Assembly: GCF_000150275.1 (NCBI RefSeq)
Contig: NW_002060949.1
Location: forward strand, 3,029,955-3,093,954
Direction: 5' to 3'
DNA length: 64,000 nt
Source: Trichoplax adhaerens
Lineage: Eukaryota; Animalia; Placozoa
The translations under genes and the position numbers were made by a program. This document shows, one piece after another, positions 45,801-57,804 of the stretch. Each line of letters opens with the position of its first letter. The first letter of the stretch is position 1. The notes under the pieces are model-generated. The model saw only the letters and a program-made list of their open reading frames with translations. It was not told the origin of the DNA and made no database searches.

Positions 45801-46909
45801 CGTTAAGGTCAATAGAAACCAAACCGCATGTCGAACTCGACCACCACGACCAAATATACGAATTATACCATTACAGGATGTCTGTAAGGCGAATCGATCA
45901 TCATAATTCGAATCATCACTGAATTCAAATTTATCTTTGGTGCTAATGTGGAGATTTTCCGCATAGGATGCAGAGACTGTAGTTTGGTTTGCTTCCTCAA
46001 AGACAGAGCTATCATCATTATCATCATAAGGAGTTAGGATAACTAGAGTATCCAAGAATTAATATTAGTTATGTGATAAAAGTATTTATAATGCTACTCT
46101 TGGTTAGACTTATTTATAAACTAGCTTAAACTTACTATCTTCAAACTCCTTGTCTGCCTTAACCTTGGAACTTTCTGCACAAGCCAAGGATAGCATAGGA
46201 TGTTTTACTTTCTCAACAGCAGGGTAATCTTCTTGATCATCACCAGGGGTTAGAAGAACTGAGATATCCAAGTATTCAAGTTATTCAATGCATTGTAGAT
46301 TATCTCACTTCAATTTATCGTGTAGAAATTAGATTAAATTTACCGTTTTCAAATACTTTATCTCTCTTAACTTTAGAGCTTTCTATACAGGACAAGGACG
46401 GTATAGGTTGCTTTACTGCCTTAAAAACAGATCTATCTTCCTGGTCTTCATAAGAAGTTAGAATGAGTAGGGTATTTTTAATTAGTATATAAAGGCAACA
46501 CTATCTTTATTTAATATAATATTACAAGTTAGGGCAATCTTACGATATTGATACTCTTTTTCTATCTCAAATTTGGAGTCTTTTGCGTTGGGTGAGGATG
46601 GTGTGGTTAGTTCTATTTTTTCAAATACAGAGTAATCTTCTTGATCTTTAGGAGTTAGAAGATCTAAGACGTTCATATAATTACGTTACTAAAAGCGTTT
46701 ATAGTGTCTTTACTGTTAAAATTAACTGTCTGAGAAAAATTTCTCAAGATTACCGTCTTTAAATTCTTTGCCTGTCTTAACTTTAAAATTTTTTGTATAA
46801 AGTGAAGATGTAATAGGCTTTTCACTTCCTATCAATAGTCGTCAGATTAGTTGGGTAGTTGTAAAATTATCTTAGCTCGAAACATACCTTCATTAAGTTC
46901 TTCATTCAT
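42871..46909 (-). CDS. DEG/ENaC (ASIC-like) sodium channel subunit 1, with repeated N-terminal exons
   Basis: TM1 (VWFLLTLTMTILCII), FPAVSVCNFNRFR, TDYGSCFTFN, thumb PPWGNC..YSRASCQLEC..CDC..CNCPNDC, TM2 SDIGGQLGLFLGGSFLTFWEIFE. Stop at 42873-42871. The start at 46909 is inferred from phase-compatible upstream exons. Confidence 0.9.
45915..46830 (-). repeat. Five tandem exon+intron units (~200-215 bp period) encoding a repeated ~40-aa module
   Basis: Exons at 46828-46754, 46663-46544, 46466(or 46445)-46344, 46258-46136 and the start of 46042-45344. They encode variants of LLTPxDDQEDYSVFExxxxPxxSxxxxExSKVKxxKEFE. Confidence 0.82.
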
Positions 46910-49900
46910 TTTTCCTAATTTTAGGAAGATTAAAGATGATACTGCTATAACGTTATGGTTTCGACCTTTAATTGAATAATAAACTACTTTTTAGCATCTC
47001 GAGGTTATGATTGTAAATGACTACGTAAGTGTTACATCAAATGTAAAGAATGGTCAGTAATGTCAGAAGTAGATAGTGCTATTGCAGTAGCGGATAAAAG
47101 GATAGATGTGGAACCAGAACAGAGGCTATAGTTGGTCTATTAGTGATGAGGTCTCGCAGGAGTGAGAATACGCTTACTACATAATCTAGTCGTAGAATGA
47201 TGTTTTAAATGACTATAAAGCATAATTAAAAATCTGGCCAGCAGAGTATTAGATGAACTATTGGGAACTAAACAAGCAATATTGAAGAAAGAATCCAACA
47301 GGCCAGGCAAATGAAACATATGGTACATTATAATTATACAGCAATGTTGTATATTCGTCTGCTTATATATTTACTGTCAGTTTCATATTTTTCAACTGAT
47401 ATATTAATTGACTCATAACATTATTTCAGATGTAGTTGATTTTCAAACTAACGATCTACACAGAATTTCGTGTAATTATGAGCATAAGTCATACTGTTAT
47501 TAGAAATATATCGTATATTCAATCCTATTAAATAGGTTGTATCGGTACGATAGCATTCGGAAATCGGCTAATCTGTAATCCGTAATAAAAATCACCTTAC
47601 TCAATATCTGTATCTGGATAAGTGTGACAATGCTCTACTCTACAATACTTGTACAATTTTTGATTTGCCATACTTACTGTACTTGAATTAAGCTATGACA
47701 AATATAATGTGATTGCTTTTTGCTACCATATGGTTCCTGATTATTAAACCAATTATGGGTGAAATATGAATCATCTGATTGAAGAAGTTATATTAGGATT
47801 TGAATTGGGAGTATGGTATGTGGAACGAATGATGATATTTTATCAGAGACTTTGTATAATCTTCCAACTGGTTGTTTCTGATAGGTATCGCTTATTTAGT
47901 TCCAACGTTAGAAGAATATTTAATTCATGAATGAGGCTATCATTAGCAGGATAAATAAGCCAGTTCTGATTTTTAAATAGAATAATATGCCACGATCATA
48001 TCACATAGGGTAAGTATGGCTTTATTTGTATTAGCAATTATGAAATTAATAATTGATATCAGATTAAATGAATCATGGTAGTTGGAACCGTAATTAAATG
48101 CAATATAGTAAAATTATTGTTTCTGATTTTAGTATAATTGTATATAATGATCTTATTTTATAGGTGAACATGGGCTTATAGTGGTAACTGCAAATAACGA
48201 AATTAATAATGGATATGTAGCGTTCCTTTGAAATTTTGAATGTTAATTAAGCTTAAAAATATAGACATTATTACTAACAAGTTCATGATAAATTGTAGCC
48301 TAAGATAAGATACCGCTTGAAATGTCAAAAAGTTCTTTAATGCAAGAAAGTGAAATTATAGTTGAGATTGGAATGACAGGAAATGATAGTTTTATATGTT
48401 GTACCGATAAATACGGGTTATATTTGTATTGGCAATGGTAAAGTCAAGTAGGTTACTACATTCTATTACCTAATGCCAGTTAAACATTTGATGTCCAGAT
48501 GATTTTAATTGTGCAACGATACCGGCAAATACGGTAGTATTTGATTAAAACGGGCCATAATTATATAGCATAAAGATTGTTTAAAATGTTCGAAATAGGT
48601 GAATATGATACTACTAAGTAGAATAGTGTATATGTATGAGATTCCATGTTTGGTTGGTACCCTGCTATAGTAGATTTTATCCTGATATCATTCCATTTAT
48701 AGCGGTATATACTGGTCTTTCTAGACTTGAAGTATTAAGCCAGTTGGTAATTTGCATATTTGGGATTTGCTATAATTTCAACGACATACTATATTCATTT
48801 ATTTAATTAATTAATGAATTATAAATATCTTGCTATACAAAGTTGGCAAACACGATTAAAGTATCAATCTGCTGCAATCAGAGAGACGGACTTAATCTGC
48901 AATATGTCAGCATTAAGTAACGATTAACGTTCATTATTCTAGGTATATTGTTACTATCACTTTGAAATACATCAGTATCAATTTCTTGTAAATTAAATCC
49001 TAGTCAAAGTCAAATTTCCTGCATTCCAAGAGCTCGTTAAAAACTGTATTAATTAATCATTGAACAACCTGGAAGTTCTGTTCTAGTAGCTGTTGATATT
49101 TCAACTTGAAATTTCAAATCTAGATTTTAACGTAAGTTTTATCAATTATAACAGATAATAACCATTTTGAGGGCTAACCATGTCCTACTTTCATCGTCGA
49201 ATGTAATCGTGATTTATGTTAAAAATAATATCCTAAGTAAATCTTCAAGCTTGAAGATCGTCTAAATAATTTTTAAATAAGGGTAAATGGTAATATAAAT
49301 AGTCATTTTTGATTTATGATTTCATGTTGAAGTTTAGTAAAAAGTATCTAGGAAATACGAGCAGAATGCTCTCAGTAGTTTGTGCAATTGATTTTGACTT
49401 TGATGTAGAATATTCCAAGATAAATTACTTTCTGTTTGAATACTTTTGGCACTATTTGTAGTAAGTAGTCATCACTAAGATATAAAACCAATTAATTACA
49501 GTAGATTCCACTCCAATAACTTTCGGAATTTGTCTCAATTATGACGTAAATTGACGATCGATTAATATCTTGAAGGTTTCGAAGCACTGTTTTATAGCCA
49601 ACAATAGGATAGTAGTCGAAAAGATAAAAATGTAAATTTTACTTCCATGGCTTATAGTCCATGCAATTAAACTCGATTTTAAATTAAATATCGGTCGATT
49701 AATAACTTTTTTCTTGAACATTTAAGATGCTATTTACCCTAACGTGTATTAGGATGCAAAGGAATATTTGTCTATCAGTCTCAATTTCCTTTACATATCG
49801 TTGCTTATAATAGTAAATACGATTAGATATTCTTAAGCAAAGGATTACAATTTTAGTTAATATTGCACTTATATCCATGAAGATGATCTTAATCTAGGGA

Positions 49901-49987
49901 AAGATACACGTATAACTTAGAAAGGTCTAATTACAATTTAAAATTACTTATTCGTATCAGATTTTCTCTGCCTCTGAACTTGTAAAG

Positions 49988-52900
49988 ATGACTACTAATC
50001 CATCGGACGATTCTGATGATAGCAACAGCTTAGCAAGCTTTGATTTGGAGGAACATTTTGCTAATGTTACCAGTTGTCATGGAATGATTCATATTTTCGA
50101 TCATAAAACTTCGTTTTTAAGGCGTTATGTTTGGGGAATCGCAACTTTTGCCGCTTTTACAGCTTGTATTATTGGTTGTATCAATTTGTTACATAATTTA
50201 TTAAGCCATCCAACTAATATCTCTGTGAAAATTCATCATACCAATAAAATGTTATTTCCCGCAGTGACATTATGCAATTTTAATCAATTTTCAAGAACAT
50301 TAATCTCGCGTAAGGATATTCGGCATTTAGATACAGTCTTAAGTGCATATAATCACGATCATACTATACCAAAGGAGGACTTAAAAGAAGCTGAAGATTA
50401 TTTTAAATCTAAAATTCATGGCCACTTTGATTTTAGCCAATATAACCAAGAGCTTGGCTTACAAAAAGAAGATTTAATTTTATCTTGTACTTGGAATGGC
50501 GAAAAGTGTGGCTCTAAAAATTTTAGTCGAGTTTTTACATCTTATGGAAACTGCTATACTTTTAACGGAGGTAAAATAAGTTTGGGATCAATATTTTCTC
50601 TACAATCTGCTTCACTTATATTGATGCATTATATATATATATATATCCTTAGATCAAGGCTGCATATTTTATTTTACTTAAATCATATTATTTTAAGTCT
50701 ATTTTGGATAACATCGTAGGTTAACCTACCTGTTTCTTTTGGATTCATCTTAGGTTCGGCAAATCATCCTCTACTAAACCAGCATGGTCGAGGTGCCGCT
50801 CATGGTCTGAGTTTAATCCTTAATATTGAACAGTATAAATATACACCGGAGTTGATGGTAGGTGCTCCTAATGTGGGTATACGCTGTTCAATTCATTACT
50901 ACAAATCGTTACCACGAATGGAATCTCAAGGAATCGCTATACCTCCAGGTGCTCATGCCTACGCGGCTATACCTGGAACAGAGGTAATTTATGATTAAGC
51001 GATTAGTCATGGGATTAAATAGTTTTTATATGCTAGTTACTCAACAATTTTAGCAAATACACATGCCTGATGAGATTGATTATACTGTGGATTTACATTA
51101 CAAAGACTATAACTAAAATCGATCAACAATACACACATGTATACCTCGTACTTTGGAAGATTTGTAGTTAAATTTAAATCTTTTAGTTAATTGCGTCCCG
51201 AAAGATGGTAGACCAAGTCATTCGATGTAGTTAGGCTAAAGGCTCCATAATGCAGTATAATAGGTAACATTTTTATGTTAGAAATTTTGTACTATTTGAT
51301 AAATTCAACTAATTGATGCAATAGAAAGTATTTAGGCCTTGGGTTTTCGTAGTGTAATAAAAATATAATCGAATAAAACACCAGTTGTCTATCAAGCGAA
51401 ATATCGATCAAGACAAAAATAGCTGTCGCTCCTGCGGAATATTGATCTATCTATTGCTTGAAATTGCGGTTTAACGGTAGGAAATTATTACTATTATCGT
51501 TAGGTAACCAATTATCAAAAGAAGCCATGGGGTCAATGCGGTGAGAAAAAGCTCAAATATTACAAATATTATTCCATGTCTGCCTGCCTGCACGAAGATG
51601 AAACTCTCTTTGCGGAAACAACTTGTCAATGCCGTGATCCTCGCTTACCGGGTATAGCAGTAGATTCTATGGAATTTTTGTTTTAAATATAACTAATTTG
51701 GAATGTTTCTAATTGTGTTATTTTTCACGATATTATCACATTGATCTATTTGCTACAATTATATCTTCAGTATTAATTATTGCGATTTAAATACTACTAG
51801 GGAATGAAAAAGCTTGCACACCGATACAAATGTTAGAATGTCTCATTCCGGCCATGAGTAAGTATAACTTCAAATTTTGAAAGGAGATATTTTAATAGTG
51901 TCATACGGTAGTGTTCTATATTGGGATAATATCTGTATCCTAGGAGCAAAAAATAGATATCATTTTCCGTTACATTGTGTCTTCTATACTGCTGTATAAA
52001 TATAAATTCTAACTGTACCGATAAAGTAACAAAAATTACTCAATTATAGTATGGACAAAGTTCCATAATGTTGAGAAATTACTGCTAATGGACATGGTCC
52101 TTGGCTGTGATACGATTCATCATCCTTTCTTCCTAGTACTCTTCTCTCTCGAAACCATGACATTTTTCGTACTTGTATATGCGTAGACAGTCATGTTGAA
52201 TTTTCTCCATGTTGGCCCGATAATCATCTTTGAGTTTTAGTTGTGCACCTTTGGCAATATTGTAACAGATTTAGCTAGATATCTAGAATTTTAATACTGT
52301 AATATTTTAGGCAGAGAATCGAGTTTTTTCTTTTACGACCCGACTCATACACGGGTTTACGGACCCTATATGATGGCTATTTCAAACTTATAGACATTAC
52401 TATCTTAACGCGGAATACCTTTAGTTTAGTTAATCTGAGTCGACCGTTTTGAATCAAATTTATATTTTATATGCGCATTCGGAATATGTATAGCAGCCAT
52501 TCAAGGTATCAAATGCTTCCTTTCTTTCAGAAACGCTTTAAAAGGACATTTTTTAACATAAGTGTCTATGTTGTCTGGCAATTTTGTTCCTATAAAAATA
52601 ATGAACTGTTTAAAAATGTCTATTCTATAACTAAAGGTCGATATCGAGAACAAGATCGTAATTTATCTAGCTGCCCCGAGGTTTGCGAACGCGTAGAATA
52701 TGTCCCACAAGTTTCTTATGCTAAAATTCCAGCTAAAATTATGGCAGAAGAAATTGCATCAAAATATAACCTCCATCAGGTTCACAAGAAAGCCATAATT
52801 GAAGGTGGTATAGTAGATAATAGTACATCAGTAAAGCAATTTATCAGGTTAGCAGCAACATCGTAATACCTACTGTTTAATGTTTATGTTCGTATGATTG

Positions 52901-53743
52901 TCCAAGCTACGCGTAATAAATATGTATAGATGATTGATTTCTACATTAATTTAATCTAATGTGGCTCTACATTTTTAGGGATAACTTAGTTTTCCTAGAC
53001 ATCTTTTTTAAAAATTTATATAACACAACAACCACTCAAGCAAGGGATGCAAGCTTCTCGCAATTTTTAAGTAATAATTCTATCGTCATCCTATCTTGAT
53101 CATTTAGCTTAGCTAAAATGAAAAATTCAATTTTTGTATCATGTAAAATTGAAATTAATCAGGATAGAGGTTAACTTTGTGACGGGTACTTTTATATTGT
53201 AACTGTGCGCGTGTGCGATCTTAATTGGTACTATATTTGATTTATAGACCGAATTTTGCAGTTTGATTGATTTCTTACTTTCTAATAGGTAATGTTGGAG
53301 GTCAAATTGGTTTATTTATTGGCGGTAGCTTCCTAACTTTGCTTGAAATTGTAGAATATATCTTTGACAAATTAGCTCAGCAACGAAGTCGATATCGACA
53401 TAAAACTAGTCAGATTGAAAAAGCAGAGTGGAAGAAGATTTATGCATCTAGCATGATTGTCCCGAAAACCAGCTACCATAATGGTAATGCGAATCATCCT
53501 CCACCATATGAACGTACATTAGTCCAAATGGATGAGTGCGACTCAACAGAGGGCTTCCTCAATGGTCCCAAGTATGTTCATGTACACAAGCAATGCAAAG
53601 AGTAATCGAAGAATGCCCTAACGACGTTCTGTACTAACGTCTACCTGCAAATCAGCCGGCTTGAGACAGTAACAAGCAAATCTGGGTTTTCTTGCTGCTG
53701 TAAACTTCCTTTTCAAGACAGTACGATTTATAAGATATTCTAG
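49988..53743 (+). CDS. DEG/ENaC (ASIC-like) sodium channel subunit 2
   Basis: FANVTSCHG, TM1, FPAVTLCNFNQF, TSYGNCYTFN, KPWGQC, TM2 SNVGGQIGLFIGGSFLTLLEIVE. The last exon either stops at 53605, or splices out intron 53572-53655 to stop at 53743. Confidence 0.92.
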
Positions 53744-54606
53744 CATAAACAGAAATCAATTTTTCTATATGCTTGCTTAATGTACAGCATGTGTAGCCAA
53801 TTTATTGCAGTGATTGTGCCAGATGTAGCGATATATGTCCAGGTAAACAGATGCAGGCATTTTGTAACGTAGAAATCAGTATAATCCTATATATTATTTT
53901 AACTTAGAGCATCGATTAAAAAGCGTTAAACTATCATCGTTTTCAAAACTGAGATCTATTTTACACACAATGGATCAATTTAGGACCAAGCTATCACACT
54001 GCAATCATCATAAGATGTCAAATCGTTATTTATTATCAATGCTATCATTAGACTGCAGAAAGATAGCTACTTTCATGAGAACTAGTACAGTGGTCTTTCG
54101 ATAGTTAAAACTCAAGTGAACCAGCAGCATGTCGGAATTATTACTACGCAATCTTTCGATTACCAGTGTAGCTAATATTTTGTATACATTGTTATATACT
54201 TGCAACGATATTAAATTAACATTAACATATTTTTTGATACAATCAACACTATAAGTATTGCATACAGTATGATAATAAACCATATCACAAATAATTAATA
54301 TTATAATTTACTGCTATAAAATCCTATAATCTCTTAATAAAGAGCTAGATCCTACGAAAATAGCTGTTAACGAATAAATTTGTTACAATATGACTATATA
54401 TTATAGAAAGCTATGCTAGAATGACGTAAGCAATACAGTATACCGGAGGAAGGTGATCATAAGCCAGTCACCAATCGGTATTCGGTATACATTTCGAATA
54501 TGCTTGCAAAATACATAACTTGGGTCTTAGGTAATTAATAGATACAGGATATGAATCAATTATTAGACTTTTCAATCTAGATATTACCAATGTTAGAGAA
54601 TAATAT

Positions 54607-56397
54607 TTATTGGTTAACTTCTTCACAAGCGTCGATCCAGTCGCTGTATACATCCACAGGATGTGATAGATCTACGTGAATAGTAAATGATGGAAATGAT
54701 ATTAGATGGGATGTACAGGTGCCATCATAACTAACTTTAACAGAGATAGTAGTACGCTAATATTATTTATTTGTACAGTAAAGGGCTAAAGATTTTGCAC
54801 TGCATATACTGTATGATTGACTTCATTGCTTTTAGGTTAATCAAACTGTCATAATCCAAGTCTGTCGTGTGTACTTAACGATTGTGCGTTATACTTATGG
54901 AGGTACAGTACACTAGTATACTTTATACTGTATAGTTCATCTAATTTCTGTAGATTGAGAGTTGCATAAATAATACTACAAGAACCTACAGCATTAGATT
55001 GAAGATTAATATTATGTTTGTATAACTACTGGTTGATATTTCTTCTCTCACTGTTTTACAAAATCTTATATGAGGATATCTTATTTTGCAGACAGTACAA
55101 GACTGTTGCTAATTGATATTAGAACCTTACAGGTGATTTTGGTTTGAAAATCTTCACCACAGACTCGACATTCTACCAGACCAATGTTTTTAGTATGATC
55201 ACTAAAGAAATAAAAAGAAGCATCCATTTAACTATAACATTATCATCCTGTACTTGTATTCCTTTATTTGCAACTGAACATTTTGCCTTATACCACCAAC
55301 AATTAATCCATACAATTCATTGACGTGATAAAAATGAAATACACAAAATTTTATCGTACTGTACATATTTTTTAAATGACATAAAAGTTTGGTTGACTAG
55401 TTTAGATCGCATACGACTTATAGAATCGGTTTGTCTAGTCATGTATTGAGAATCTAGTTCATATCTTTGCAGGCTTCAAGGGTATAAAAATACATTCGTG
55501 ATATGACGTAGGATCGCAGTGTAACCAGAGTGATAAGCATGCCACCAATTTAATATTATTCTACATCATCGCTTTTCTTGCGATCTTTTGAAATAAACAA
55601 TAAAGGTTTCATCACTTATCCTAGCCAAATTACTCTATCAACTACCAAATATGAAATGTTGCTAAAGGTTTAGAGTAGCTAAAATGGGTATAGTGGATAT
55701 TGACTGCATTTATCGCGGCATAGAGTAAGGGAATGTACGCGTTACCCAATCTGCAAAGTTGATTTATAGTTTGATCTATGGATAATGTTTGCTATCCGGA
55801 AACAAACTACGATTTCCAAGTAGTTTAGCGCGTTCCATAAACCATGAAGAGATATATACGCATGCAATGAAGCTACGCTAATACTGTAAAGATGAATTTG
55901 TGTTCATAGACTATAGTGAAGGACTTTGTGAGATTCTCCAAACAAAACAATTTCTCAGGTTTTGGGGGGAATTTCTAACTTTAGGTTGATAGATGTATAC
56001 TGTGGATGAAGACTGATGATATTGCAAGATTCGTTCGATTTCTGGGCAATCGTAATGAATCATTTTATCACTAATACTGGCTCAATACTAGAATAGGTCC
56101 TATAGAGTCAATAATAACTTGAAAATCATTGTCTATATCCATCATAAAAATTCATCTATGCTATCCAATCCATCAGCCATCATGATTCAAAACAACCGAG
56201 TTGATCATCCCATACAGTACATGCGGTCTATCGATTTGAGTGACTTTCTCGATCAACATGTTGAGTATAATTTCAACTTACAGCTTAACATCACAAGATT
56301 TTTCATGATTGCAGAAAGGGCAAGTAAACTGAGTCTCCAATCCTCCAACTAGTTTCTTCTTTGGTGGAGGTTTTCGCTTGGATTTCCTTCTTCCCAT
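54607..56397 (-). CDS. ELOF1: Transcription elongation factor 1 homolog (zinc ribbon)
   Basis: Exons 56397-56282, 55201-55131 and 54671-54607 give [83 protein letters not shown]. Confidence 0.97.
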
Positions 56398-56586
56398 CTT
56401 ATTCTTGTGGTGGTTAGCGCAGCGCGATTTCAACTATGGAAAGGCACGTAGATTGATTGTCCAAAGGGCATCGACTTTCGTTATATACTGTTTTCTACGG
56501 GATAAAGCGGTTGCTTGCGTAGTACTACTCTGCCTGTTTGTAGGCATGGACAACTAGGATATTCTAGTAGTCTAAAGTCTCTCCAG

Positions 56587-56732
56587 TTTAAAATGTCACC
56601 CCAGTCCGGTTTGCACTCTGGCAGTTCAAACGACTTCGTATACGAAGTCGGCCGCTACAATACAACGGATGGAAAATTGGGGTGACATTTTAAATTGTAA
56701 TCCGGTTTGCACTCTGGCAGTTCAAACGACTT
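56587..56732. repeat. Symmetric inverted-repeat element with central palindrome and adjacent 32-bp direct repeat
   Basis: 17-bp inverted repeat at 56587-56603 and 56678-56694. Perfect 20-bp palindrome at 56631-56650. Direct repeat at 56605-56636 and 56701-56732. Confidence 0.85.
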
Positions 56733-57804
56733 GTAGTGTACTGTACTGTACTAGTACAGTACATGTACTGTAGACCTCCCGGATAAAAGTACAGTACTGT
56801 AATCATGTTGATATTATAGTGGGTTACTCAAATCTGTCCAGTAACTTGTCTGTCCGTATGCGTTTTTCCTGACGAAAAGCGATTGTCATTCGGCTAGTCG
56901 AGTCTAATCGAGGATACAGTATCAAACAGCGCAATACGATACAGTACAGTGTATGGCATTTGATGTACGTTCAAAAGTGTAATTTCTCGCTTAATGTCAG
57001 TTTTGAAATGAATATTTGAATATTTTTGATCGTTGGCAATTTCTCACTAATTTCAAGTATCGAAATAGTATAGTTGATACTGTTCTTTTTGTAGAACCGA
57101 AAAATTTAGCAGCTTATTGCTTTTAATGCGGAATATTTGGACTTTAAAGTAGGATAATGAGTGAAAAACGCCATTTTGTGTTGATCTGAATACTAATGAC
57201 ATCCCTTTTAAATCAAAACTAGTCTGCATTCGAAAGCAAATCATGACCATATTTATCTCTTTTACAATAAAAATATTGCTTATCAATATGAGTAATGGCT
57301 GAGATCTTGCGGAAGATGAGAAATTACTAAAGCATTTGAATCATTTACCAACAGGTTACCTATCCAGAAGCGATCAATAAGATAGTATAAAAATACAACT
57401 ACTAAAATCCATTATGCCTCTTTAAAGTCAATATGCTTCATGATAGAAAGTATAAACTCTTTATAATTGATCAACTACAAGACGAATAAGACTGAGTATT
57501 ATAGGCAAGACATACTAAATTAACGAAAAATTCCAAATTATCCAAATATTCGGATAGCTTTAAAAGGAAATGAAGCAAGAAATTACCATTCTGAAGGTAC
57601 GCAAGATCCTATAGGTTAGACTCTATCGCATCAAACTGTTTGATACTGCCACCTTCAATTAGACTAGACTTATTTTAGGGTGGGGGTGATTCAAACACAG
57701 ACGGACAGAACCCGCCAGATATTGAACTGAACAAGATACAGGCAGCGCGTGCAAAAGCTCGCCAAACCAAGATCCTCTAGCTCAAGCTTCCTGCTAACCA
57801 GCTC

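Noticed and set aside
55742-56156. Minus-strand frame of about 135 codons in ELOF1 intron 1, interrupted only by five TGA codons (mitochondrial-code or Sec reading)
   Set aside because: No recognisable protein motif or SECIS. A rough estimate says several such frames are expected by chance in 64 kb.
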